From contig JAADVB010000082.1 in the NCBI GenBank assembly GCA_023334545.1, positions 5,014 to 69,013 on the forward strand: a stretch of 64,000 bases of DNA. The letters are read 5' to 3'. Source of the DNA: Salisapilia sapeloensis CBS 127946. Its lineage: Eukaryota; Protista; Oomycota. Both the position numbers and the translations under genes were made by a program. The notes under the pieces were generated by a model that saw only the letters and a list, made by a program, of their open reading frames with translations, did no database searches and had not been told where the DNA came from. This document shows, piece by piece, positions 45,201-56,245 of the stretch (positions within the stretch are counted from its first letter, which is position 1; every line of letters starts with the position of its first letter).

Positions 45201-47760
45201 TGCATATACTAAACCTACATCGTACTGTTAATTGTCAATACCGATCTTGCTGCGTGGACTTTTAGCGCATTGCCTTATGCTGAGCAGACGAAGGAAGCAT
45301 ATCGTGAGAACGATCTTCTCCCCCAGGTCCAGGTAACGACCGAAGTATGATTGCAAATACTAGATGCGCTGTTTTGACACTGTGAACACCGCTTCTACCT
45401 CTTTAAATACCGATCGGTCCGAGGTAGACTGATAGGCCAGAAGCGACCGGCTGAAATTTCAAGCGAGCGATTCGATGCTTTTACAGAAAGTTTAAATCTT
45501 CGACGCTGTTCTACCTTGGTACCTTTTGTCGGTACTAGCGACAGAATGGCTTCATCCAAAATGATAGTATCGAGATAGCTCATTCCTTATCAACGTGAAA
45601 AGCGAAATCATGTTCCGAAGACAGCTTGTGCTCAATGCCTATCGCAAACGACTCATGACTTGCTTTTCTATCGACAAGCTACACCATACAGGTATGGAAA
45701 TTCAGGTACTACAGACCACCGCATTTATCTGAGTTTCCACAACAGACGTATGATCGATGTGCATCAAGCATGAGCAGTGCACACGGCACTGGTACCATTC
45801 ATTCATCCTTCGTTTGGGGACGAAGACACAATTGGTTGGTTTCCTGGGCATGAAAGCGTCCCGGCTCGTACCAAACGGTTGCCAACTTTTCACACAGCGT
45901 TTTCGTTCAGATGGCTCTACTTGCTGCATAGAAGGCGGTGGCTATCATCGCGAGTAATCAGTACAATATCTGATCAGAACAGTCAGTACACTTGTGAGCT
46001 AGTGATGAGCATGATAAGTATCTGTAGAAACGCACAATGATACCGAGTACTCACCCTCGCAATCGTCTCCACGAAGGACTTACGCAACTATACATGTACA
46101 AACTCCCAATAAACGACAAGACAGCACATCGAAACAATGACACGTCTGACGTGTTAACTGCATCGACGTGGACGAGGAGGCTCCAGTCAAACTTGGTGCA
46201 GAGGACAAGTATTTTTATGCTTATCGGGATGGGGATCATGGCATAATCATTTAAGCAGGAACGAGTCTGGTCCAGTGATTGAGATGCAGAGCCGTTCGAA
46301 ACGACATTGACAGGGATATTGGACGTGTAAGCTGAGATCATACCGTCCTTCAGGTCGACGCTGGCGATTCCGCTGACAAGTTCCCTCTTCCCGAAAGGCA
46401 TCAGCTACTCTTGGATTTCATTTTTGCATTGGTGCGATGTCAGCTCGCAGGAAGACGCCATTGTCTCGACTGGCCTCATGATGGCACGACAATCCGTCTT
46501 TAAAATTCTTATTTATATGGTAGCGAGCTCTGCGTTCGGCATGGTGTTCAGTGTCCTCTTCATGCGTACCTTGTTACCAAATCTAGCTTAAGTATGTACT
46601 GATTGTCGTGCAAGCGTTGTGCTTTTGAACAGAAACGTGTCTGGGGGTTGATGACAACAGTCACTACTCCCCACGCAGCCAGAGAGTCAGCGACCAGAGC
46701 TAAACCATTATCCAAATACGCACGGAGGATGCGGTCAGGTTGCTCAGGACAGACAACGGCGTCGTTGTGAAGATAAAGACACCAATCAAGAGGTGAAGGC
46801 ATCTTTATACTAACACTTGCTGACATACACCCATCAGCCGGTTTTCGTAAAGATCTCTTGCCAATCGTCCTGCTCGTCAAAGTCTCACATGCCTTATTAA
46901 GGACTCGACATGCTTGATCACCACAATATCCCTACTACTCGTTTGCAATCGACCTGGAGCTTTGTCATGACGAGCGATTAACTGGTGGTAGGGCTCCTGG
47001 ATTTGATGGTCGTCTCAGCCGTATCCGCGATAAGCGATGACGTGAGCACCAGTCCCACCCCACTCGATGTACCCGGATTCGTTATCGCTCCCATTGCCTC
47101 ACGCGTCATTCCTTCACGTACGTCTGCGTGTTACGCTCCTGTCTGGGCGAGGCCTGTCTGACGCAATTTCTTTCGACTATCTCTACGATCTGCATGAAGC
47201 TACCACGCCGGCCGCGAGCAGCTCCACTCCACAGACATCGATCGAAGTGGTGACTCGATGGGTAAAAGTCTCCGACTGTAGCTCGAGTCATTTGCAAGTT
47301 ACATCCTGTCGTGTGGTCATTAGCGGGTGAGACAGCCTCGGAATGCAGTGAGACTATCGCGATTACATCCTCTGGTGCGACGCCTGAGAGTGGAAACCTG
47401 CTTTCGTCTACAAACGGAAGCGTCACATACGGAAGGACGACTATTGCTTTTAAAGCGACATTCTTCGACATCGAACCGCGCCAGCAATGCTGCATACCGT
47501 TGCTGGCTACCATCTCGAGTGTCCGAGTACTAGCTAGAGATCTGTTTATGAACCAAAGAGCATGTACAGGAAAGCAGATTACTACAGACAAAACAGAGGG
47601 ACCGAGCAGGAACGAGGCACAGAGGGAGCAGAGTGAAGAACAGTTTATTTTCTCCATGCATTCGGTAGATAAGCCTGGATCGTACAAGGATGAGACCGTC
47701 AGACAGGGTACCACTGACTGCGGGAAAGGAAGGGTTTCGTACACGCACGCATTCCACGTG

Positions 47761-48448
47761 CTAGGCATTCGAGGTCGCTTGACTCTGCTGGAGCTCCTTA
47801 AAGTGGAGCTTGCAGTAGTTATCCGTCCGCTCGTACGCCTGCCGATTGCAGTCGTCTCGGATGCACCGCTTGCCGCCGCCGTCCGCCCAGCAGAGGCCGT
47901 TCGAGATGGCGACTTTGTTGCAGTTGGGCACCTTGCACTTGGTTCCGCCGCCGTGGGACCAGCACAGGCCGCGAGACTTGGCCCGGTTCTGGCAGCTCTC
48001 GACCGTGCACTCGACGGAGCCGCCATGCCGCCAGCAGAGCCCGCTATACTTTGCTCGGCTTTCGCACCCGTCCTGGGCACACCGCTTGCCTCCCTACCGT
48101 CTGGTGAGACCAGCGTCAGGTACGTTGAATACGGAATAGACTTACGCCGTGCCGTACGCACAGGCCTTGGTCGACGACGTACTGGTCGCACCCATCGTGC
48201 TTGCAAACGCGACTGGGCGGCCTCTTTGCGCGCCGGTCCGAGTCTCCTCGTGGCGTCGGCGTGGCTGCCTCTGCCTGCTGCAGTGCAATCATCTCCTCCT
48301 CTTCGTCGCCTGTGCGTCATCGTTAGGTGATGACTTACCAAGTGGTTCGATCGTACGTACTGAATGGCATGTCATCTTCGTCGGAAAGCTGGTTGTCCAG
48401 GATGAAGCTCAGGGCAGACTTGTCGACGCCATCGTCCTGCTGTGCCAT
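47761..48448 (-). CDS. Oomycete GGG-type zinc-finger repeat protein (WRKY19-like C-x4-C-x9/10-C-x2-H repeats), 3 exons
   Basis: Introns 48360-48310 and 48145-48094. Repeats CKHDGCDQYVVDQGLCVRHGGGKR, CAQDGCESRAKYSGLCWRHGG, CTVESCQNRAKSRGLCWSHGGG, CKVPNCNKVAISNGLCWADGGGKR, CIRDDC..YCKLH. Confidence 0.88.
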
Positions 48449-48464
48449 GGTCGGAGCTTGATGG

Positions 48465-48478
48465 AAATGGATCAATGA
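48465..48478 (-). promoter_or_regulatory. Inr/FPR-like motif of the zinc-finger gene
   Basis: Minus strand tcattgatccattt, about 17 nt before the ATG at 48448. Confidence 0.45.
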
Positions 48479-48678
48479 AGCGTACGTTGGAGGAATATTT
48501 CTACGTGTTGATGAAAAAGGCAAAATATGTTCAGACGTTCATGTAATGGTGTCCAGAGGGAGGCGACGACGATCGATCGTCGGAGGATGGAAAGGAAGAA
48601 AAGAAGGCGAGAGGAACATAAGTCGGAAGCAAAGTATACATGTATCTTCAATTTCGATGATGAGTCAGTCGGATGCGA

Positions 48679-49821
48679 TTACACCGCCGGGCGAGGTGGT
48701 TGCAGTTCCTGCAGCGCCCGTTGGCGACACAGGCGCTGGACCTCCTCCGGTGCATTATCCAACATGGACTGGAGCAACGCGCGGGACGGCGGGTCGCCAC
48801 CAACCGGCAGCTTGCCCGCGAGCGACGGCTGCGATTGGCAGTACTGCTTGAAGAAATACAATGCGTCTTTGGTCGCACCAGGTGGCGCCGACACCGCGGA
48901 TGGAGAGTACCGCAACTCGGCCTGCAGCTGCTCGGCCAAGTCAGCGGATGCGCCATCCTTGGGCTTTAGAAACTTACTAGCTACATACGGCCAGGCTAGG
49001 ATAGACTTAGTATCAAATGGACGATGCCACCCGGCCGGTTGGCCCGGTGGGAGCTCGTAGACTGGGTACAACTGAAGCTCTTTGTCGCCATCATCAACGC
49101 CCGCTTGCGCCTTGGTTGTGTCCGGTGGCAAAGGTCTACTCACTGCCTCCTTTTCATTCTTTACGGAACCTCTTTCCCGTCGATCGTTCACTTCTTCCGC
49201 CGATAGCTCCAGCTCCTCTTCGTCTGAGGACGGCTGGAGATCGTCCGTATCCGTCACAGGCGTCTGTCCGTACGCAATGAACTTCCACAAACGCTGGCAA
49301 TCGACCGCAGAGATCGTTAGCCGGTGCGTCTGGGCCATGCGGACGCTGATGTCGTCCCACTCGACGTGAGACGGGGCCACCTCCTTTTCCAGGGCGTCCG
49401 TGCAGTTCGCCTGGGCTTTGAGGTGGTCCAGGATCGTCTCGAGCAGGAGCTGGCACTCGGCAGGCGTGTACTTGCCCAAGACACGTCGCGACTGGATGCG
49501 CAGACTAGTGCCCGAGATGCCCATGGGAGTTAACGGAACTTGGGAATTTACTACTTTAGCTTTCGCCGGTCCTATACTACTTGTACTAGTACTCTTCGGA
49601 GGGTTGGACGGCCGAGACCGCCGCGCTCGCTTGGCATTGCTGCTGGCGGTCGTCCTGGCCTTCTTCGGCTCTCTCGCGCCGCTCGCCGACGCTGCTTCGT
49701 CCCGCTTCACCTTTGGCGGTGGTTGCTTGAGCTGCGGGTCTGAAGCATAGGCCGAGCGAGCCTTGCGCTGGCTCCGCCGCGGCGGCGTCGTCGACACGGA
49801 GAGATCGACCTGGTCGTCCAT
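48679..49821 (-). CDS. Putative nuclear protein with a Myb/SANT-like helical domain and possible C-terminal HMG-like segment
   Basis: 380-aa ORF; basic N-terminus; YTPAECQLLL..VEWDDIS..SAVDCQRLWKFIAYG; DALYFFKQY..APEEVQRLCRQRA. Confidence 0.55.
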   Translation of the reverse strand: MDDQVDLSVSTTPPRRSQRKARSAYASDPQLKQPPPKVKRDEAASASGAREPKKARTTASSNAKRARRSRPSNPPKSTSTSSIGPAKAKVVNSQVPLTPMGISGTSLRIQSRRVLGKYTPAECQLLLETILDHLKAQANCTDALEKEVAPSHVEWDDISVRMAQTHRLTISAVDCQRLWKFIAYGQTPVTDTDDLQPSSDEEELELSAEEVNDRRERGSVKNEKEAVSRPLPPDTTKAQAGVDDGDKELQLYPVYELPPGQPAGWHRPFDTKSILAWPYVASKFLKPKDGASADLAEQLQAELRYSPSAVSAPPGATKDALYFFKQYCQSQPSLAGKLPVGGDPPSRALLQSMLDNAPEEVQRLCRQRALQELQPPRPAV

Positions 49822-50294
49822 GCTCTTCCTCGTTTATGCGTTTGGAGAGGTAGTATAGAGGTTGAGAGGTTTTTGATGGCACGCGCGAATGTTGGTCCTG
49901 CAGCGCATGCACTTTTGGTAGTAGAGCCAGCACACGCAGCCACTGCGCTGGCGACATGGCTCATCCGCTAGGACTGCATAAAACTGAACGCTTGCGATAA
50001 ATCGATGCGGGTAGTAGAGTAGAGTCTAAGTTACCGGTAAATTCGAATTGCCGTGCGTTCAAATGAAGCCAGTCATGACTTTGTCCGCGTCCATCAAGGC
50101 ATTCCGTATCGCTGCTTGTTCGTGGCTTGACTTGCCGCAAGTACGATCGTCGATCGCGCTAACTTTCTAGATATAACAGGTGCCTCGCGTCCTTTAGATC
50201 GACTTGATCCGTTCCTCCGTATCGCCTGGCATAACTTCAAGTTGGAGGCATAAAATGCCCTCATTTACATGCTAAGTCTCTTCCTGAAGAGATT

Positions 50295-51968
50295 ATGTCA
50301 GAAGAGGAGGAAGAGGACTTTGTATTCTCTTCTCCTGGAGACGAAGTAGATAATGAGAGTGATGTGGACTGGGAAGAGGTAGGGAACGTTTCCTCCGAGT
50401 CGGAAGAGCAAAAAGAGACTGCTGTTCCAGACGTCGATTGGGCACAGGTGAGTCGCGACTTGGCCAAGGAAGACGCAAAGGCCCCTAAGACCAAGAAACG
50501 GAAGCGACCACTAAATAAAGTAGAAAAGGCTAGGCAGTTGTCATTGCACAAAACCCATCTATTACTCCTTATATCCAGCGTCCAGCAAGGCGTCAGGTCA
50601 AGTCAGTCTGTCCTGCTCCAAGGACTCTTGGTGTCGCTGACAGCTTCCAGTCGCTACGACTTGAAACGTCAGATCGACCGATCTACTTCCGAGTCTCTGG
50701 TGAATTTCGTCCTACCTTGCATTCTCCGTTGGTTTCAACAACATATAGTACCCATCGATTCGGATACCACCGGTCAGGAGGAATGGACAGAAGCAGCACT
50801 GACTCAAGCCTTGTCGGATCGTAGAGCTACTAGCAGACAAATTATCTTGTTGTTTTTCATCTTGTGTCGCGGCCTGTCTCTCACCTGTCGTCTTGTGAGT
50901 GCCTTGGATCCGTTCTTGATCAAGGACTCCAAGGCGTTTGAGAAAGCGAGCGAGCGCCATGAGGAGTGGATGTGGCTGGAGGTATGGGACTGGCATGCAT
51001 CCTCCTGGATTTCTGTCGATCCCTTCCGACAGCTCATCCACCGCCCTCTCGAGATGGAGGAGAGACGAGGTCCTGGTCTCATCTTCTCGTACGTCCTGGC
51101 TGTCGAGGCGAACGGAGCTCTGGCGGACGTATCAGCTCGATACACTAGTTCCTGGAGCAAGAGTCTCCTTCTTCGCATCGCTGACGACTGGTTCCGTTCG
51201 ACTCTCTCTCAATTCAACGCTCGTCTGCCTCTCGATGAAGAGACGGAGGAGAGGTTGGCACGAGAGGAGAGGCAGCTAACGAGTCGAAAGGCAGGAGACG
51301 CCATGCCGTCGAGTGCAGCTGGCTTTCGGAAGCATCAAGTCTACTGTCTAGAAAAACACTTGGGCAAGTACGAGACCATCTACCCTCGCAAGGCCGTGGG
51401 TGTCTTTGAAGGTGCCCCCGTCTTTCTCCGAAGTCACATCCAGACGCTACGGACGTCCTTCCAATGGCGTCGGCTAGGGAAGAACGTGAGGAAGGAGGAA
51501 AAGGAGAAGCCTACAAGACGAGAGAGTGGGCGGCAGAGTGTCGGACAGAAAGCCTTGTATGGCGAGTGGCAGACAGAGCTGGTGGAGGTTCCGTCTGTCG
51601 TGGACGGTCGTGTCCCGAAGAACTCGTACGGGAACATTGAGGTCTGGAGCGAGGCGCATATTCCCTCTGGAGGCACACACGTCCGTTTGCGTCATGCAGC
51701 CAAGTTGGCTGCCGAGTTAGGTATTGACTATGCTCCTGCCGTCGTGGGGTTTGAAGTCAAAGGCGGGAGGAACGTTCCGACCATCGAAGGTGTCATTGTA
51801 CCGACGGACGCAGTGGGTGTCTTGGAGGAAGCATGTGAAGCAGAAGAGCAGCGTAGTATAGAGATAGCGATTCGAAAGCAGGAGCTAAAGGTAGTGAAGC
51901 GATGGGAGAAGCTGGCGAAGCGACTGTTGCTACAGAAGAGACTGGAAGACGAGTATGGCAAAGTCTAG
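50295..51968 (+). CDS. RAD4: Rad4/XPC DNA damage recognition protein
   Basis: HKTHLLLL; transglutaminase-like WMWLEVW..WISVDP; DVSARY; BHD1-3: MPSS..F..H..Y.LEKHL.KYE, VFLRS.I..L.T...W.R.G, LYGEWQT, G.VPKNSYGNIE, IDYAPAVVGFE. Confidence 0.93.
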   Translation: MSEEEEEDFVFSSPGDEVDNESDVDWEEVGNVSSESEEQKETAVPDVDWAQVSRDLAKEDAKAPKTKKRKRPLNKVEKARQLSLHKTHLLLLISSVQQGVRSSQSVLLQGLLVSLTASSRYDLKRQIDRSTSESLVNFVLPCILRWFQQHIVPIDSDTTGQEEWTEAALTQALSDRRATSRQIILLFFILCRGLSLTCRLVSALDPFLIKDSKAFEKASERHEEWMWLEVWDWHASSWISVDPFRQLIHRPLEMEERRGPGLIFSYVLAVEANGALADVSARYTSSWSKSLLLRIADDWFRSTLSQFNARLPLDEETEERLAREERQLTSRKAGDAMPSSAAGFRKHQVYCLEKHLGKYETIYPRKAVGVFEGAPVFLRSHIQTLRTSFQWRRLGKNVRKEEKEKPTRRESGRQSVGQKALYGEWQTELVEVPSVVDGRVPKNSYGNIEVWSEAHIPSGGTHVRLRHAAKLAAELGIDYAPAVVGFEVKGGRNVPTIEGVIVPTDAVGVLEEACEAEEQRSIEIAIRKQELKVVKRWEKLAKRLLLQKRLEDEYGKV

Positions 51969-51974
51969 GCTAGA

Positions 51975-52993
51975 TTAAGAAAAGTAGGCAGGCTCTGGCG
52001 GCCACGCGGCGAGCGGGTATGTCGGAGGGGGCGTCCGAGAGGTCGGTCGGACCTGCTGTTCCAAGGTCGAGACGCGGCTTTCGAGACGACTGACGGCCTG
52101 CGTGAGGGTCGACGAGAGTCGGTCGATCTGGTCGCTGAGGCTCTGGACCATCTAGGACGGCGTTAGGATAATCGCAATCGCTTTTGTAAGCAAAGTACCT
52201 CGTGGACGTTTGCAACTGTCTCGTGGCACGAGCACTCGTGTCCTCTTTCTTGTCTTGCGAGTGGCTCAGTAGACGTGTGGTAGCTCATGTTGTTGTCCTG
52301 CTGATTGGACGCGTCGGTGGCTACGTGTTTGTTGGTTTTGCCCTGCTGCTGGCGATGGATCTGCTGGAGGATGGCGGCTGTCTGGGAGCTGATGGTAGGC
52401 GATAGGACGTGGTTCTCCACTCGCACGCGTGGTGTTGGGCTGTATATACTAGATGAGAGGCATGTGGAGGGGATAAGAGCAAAAAGAGTACGTGGACGGT
52501 TCTCTCCAGACAGCATGCTGTCGACGTTTCTGGGCCTGGAGCTCATTATGCTTACTACGTATGTGCTCTAGGATGTCCGTGACGAGCTGCAGCTTGATCT
52601 TTTGGAAGTGGGGAGACAGGAACTGGGCGGGCGTGAGGGATGGAAAGTATCGAAATTCGTCTCGAGCGAGGCGAAAGACGCTTTCGATGAATCTCACGTC
52701 CGACTTGCCGTACAGTTTATACTTCTACTAGCCTTATGAGGTTACTTTCTACTTTCTACTGGCTACGTACGTCTCGTACCTTGTTCGAAAGGAACTCGGC
52801 GATCAAGTGGGAGTAGTCGAGGAGAGCATAATGGAGTATCTGGAGCAAGTCTTTTACATTGCATTTCTCCAATCTACCTCTGTTGTTAGTACGTTCCTAC
52901 CTAGAGATATGCATAGCAGTACGTGGCCGTGGCATTGTCTCGGTAGCGGACTGCCTGGAGGAGCGTATGGAGTCGAGCTGCCTGTGCTTCCAT
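51975..52993 (-). CDS. CEP44: Centrosomal protein CEP44 homolog, about 5 exons
   Basis: Spliced MEAQAARLHTLLQAVRY..LLQILHYALLDYSHLIAEFL..YKLYGKSDVRFIESVFRLARDEFRYFPSLTPAQFLSPHFQKIKLQLVTDILEHIRSKHNEL matches the CEP44 N-terminal domain pattern. C-terminal coiled coil ends with TAA at 51977-51975. Confidence 0.8.
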
Positions 52994-53110
52994 CAGTATA
53001 CAAACGACCTGTCATTGAAGTACCACCATCTCTCTTTATTACGTCCATTACAACTTCCTCTGCACCCAGATCCACTTTAATCACGACACCAGCACGTCAC
53101 ACGGGTCAAG

Positions 53111-53124
53111 TCATTCCTGTATTT
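53111..53124 (+). promoter_or_regulatory. Inr/FPR-like motif of the ALDH gene (CEP44/ALDH bidirectional promoter)
   Basis: tcattcctgtattt about 15 nt before the ATG at 53139. Confidence 0.5.
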
Positions 53125-53138
53125 GCACGCCCAAGACC

Positions 53139-54656
53139 ATGTCGACCGCCGAATCCATTGCTGGGGACCTCGTTGTCCTTCGAAAGTCCTTCCAGTCTGG
53201 CGCGACTCGGGACTTTAAGACTCGACAAGAGGTTCTGTCCAATCTCCAGCGGATGCTCGTCAAGGAGAAGGCTACGCTCAATGAAGCTCTGTACAAGGAT
53301 CTGCATCGACATCCGACCGAGGGCTTCCTCATGGACACCAACGTCGTCTTGGCTGAGATCCAGCAGCACTTGGACTATATGGAGGAGTGGGGCGCGCCGG
53401 AACGCGTGTGGACCAACCTGCCCAACTGGCCCGGCTGGTCCTACATTCACAAGGATCCACTGGGCGTCGTCTGCGTCATAGGCACTTGGAACTGCCCTCT
53501 CAACGTCACACTCACGCCCATGGTCGGCGCCGTAGCTGCTGGTAATTGCGTCCTCTTGCGTCTACCCCTCCAAGGCACGAGTGACCACACCAACGAGCTC
53601 CTGGCCACGCTCTTGCTCAAGTACCTTGGTAACCGCTACGTTCGGGTCGTCCGAGGCGACGCAGACGTGACGCATCTCGTGCTCAAGCAAAAGTTCGACC
53701 TGATCTTTTGCACGGGTGGACAGGAGCTAGGAAAGATGGTGGCACGTGCGGCCGCCGAGACGCTGACGCCGACGGTGCTGGAGCTAGGCGGCAAGTGTCC
53801 GACCATCGTCGACGGGTCCTTTAGTCTGGACGTGACTGCGAGGCGAGTGGCGATGGGGAGGTTCATGAACGCCGGTCAGATCTGCATGTGTCCAGACTAC
53901 GTTCTCGTCCACTCTTCCGTCGGAGATGAGCTGATTAACAAGTTGAAGAGAGTGCTGGAGGTGTTCTTTGGAGAAAACCCGCAGGAGAGTGATAGCTACT
54001 GTAGGTTGATTCATGAAAGAGCCTTCGATCGGATTACTAGTCTAGTGGAAACGGATAAAAAGTTTGTCGTGCATGGAGGCGACGGTGATAGGCGAGACAA
54101 GTACGTCGCGCCGACGATCGTGAACTTTGGTAAGGACTGGGACGCCTTCGAGCAGAGCGCGAGTATGCAGTCCGAGATCTTCGGCCCGGTGCTCCCGGTC
54201 GTCTACTATGACGACCTGGACCAGGCGCTGGACTTTATTAACAAGAGAGACAAGCCACTAGCTCTATACGCTTTTACGTCGATCAAAGCGACTCGAACGC
54301 GAGTGCTGTCCGAGACGTCATCCGGCGGCGTCGTGATCAACGACTGTTTGGTGCATTTTACGAATTTCAACCTCCCGTTCGGAGGCGTGGGCGAGTCTGG
54401 CATGGGCAGCTACCATGGCAAGTTCAGCTACGACGCCTTTACGCACAAGCGAGCGGTGCTGTACAAGTACGCCGCTCTGGACGTCCGCCATCGCTACCTT
54501 CCGTACGACAAGGAGAAAGAGACGGTGATCAAGCTCCTGCTGAAGCCAGTGCCGATGAACGTGACGGTGTTGTTGCAAGCAGCCGTGTACTCGTTCCTCC
54601 TGTGCTTCATTGCGCTTGCCTTTGCTCCGTTGGCCGAGCAGTACGGATACGTCTAA
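53139..54656 (+). CDS. ALDH3: Aldehyde dehydrogenase family 3 (fatty aldehyde dehydrogenase-like) with C-terminal TM anchor
   Basis: PLGVVCVIGTWNCP; FCTGG; LELGGK (catalytic Glu); NAGQICMCPDY (catalytic Cys); EIFGP; KPLALYAF; PFGGVGESGMGSYHG. Confidence 0.95.
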   Translation: MSTAESIAGDLVVLRKSFQSGATRDFKTRQEVLSNLQRMLVKEKATLNEALYKDLHRHPTEGFLMDTNVVLAEIQQHLDYMEEWGAPERVWTNLPNWPGWSYIHKDPLGVVCVIGTWNCPLNVTLTPMVGAVAAGNCVLLRLPLQGTSDHTNELLATLLLKYLGNRYVRVVRGDADVTHLVLKQKFDLIFCTGGQELGKMVARAAAETLTPTVLELGGKCPTIVDGSFSLDVTARRVAMGRFMNAGQICMCPDYVLVHSSVGDELINKLKRVLEVFFGENPQESDSYCRLIHERAFDRITSLVETDKKFVVHGGDGDRRDKYVAPTIVNFGKDWDAFEQSASMQSEIFGPVLPVVYYDDLDQALDFINKRDKPLALYAFTSIKATRTRVLSETSSGGVVINDCLVHFTNFNLPFGGVGESGMGSYHGKFSYDAFTHKRAVLYKYAALDVRHRYLPYDKEKETVIKLLLKPVPMNVTVLLQAAVYSFLLCFIALAFAPLAEQYGYV

Positions 54657-54785
54657 GGCAAATGTAGCCAAGTCCAAAGTTGTCGTGTTTTCCGTTGTCT
54701 TGTTGTGAGTGGCATTGTATAGCTTATCGTCTTCTTCCGTCCAGCGCAAGTGGCTGCATCCATCGACTGCGCTTGTCTGTGCGTC

Positions 54786-56187
<1,402 letters not shown>

Positions 56188-56245
56188 GTAGACAAGTACG
56201 AGGTAAAGCAAAAGTTTCTTTTCAATTCGGTCGATTCGTCTCGAG

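Noticed and set aside
47106-48341. 411-aa minus ORF and 339-aa plus ORF (47311-48330)
   Set aside because: Off-frame or antisense to the spliced zinc-finger repeat gene, which explains the region with canonical introns.
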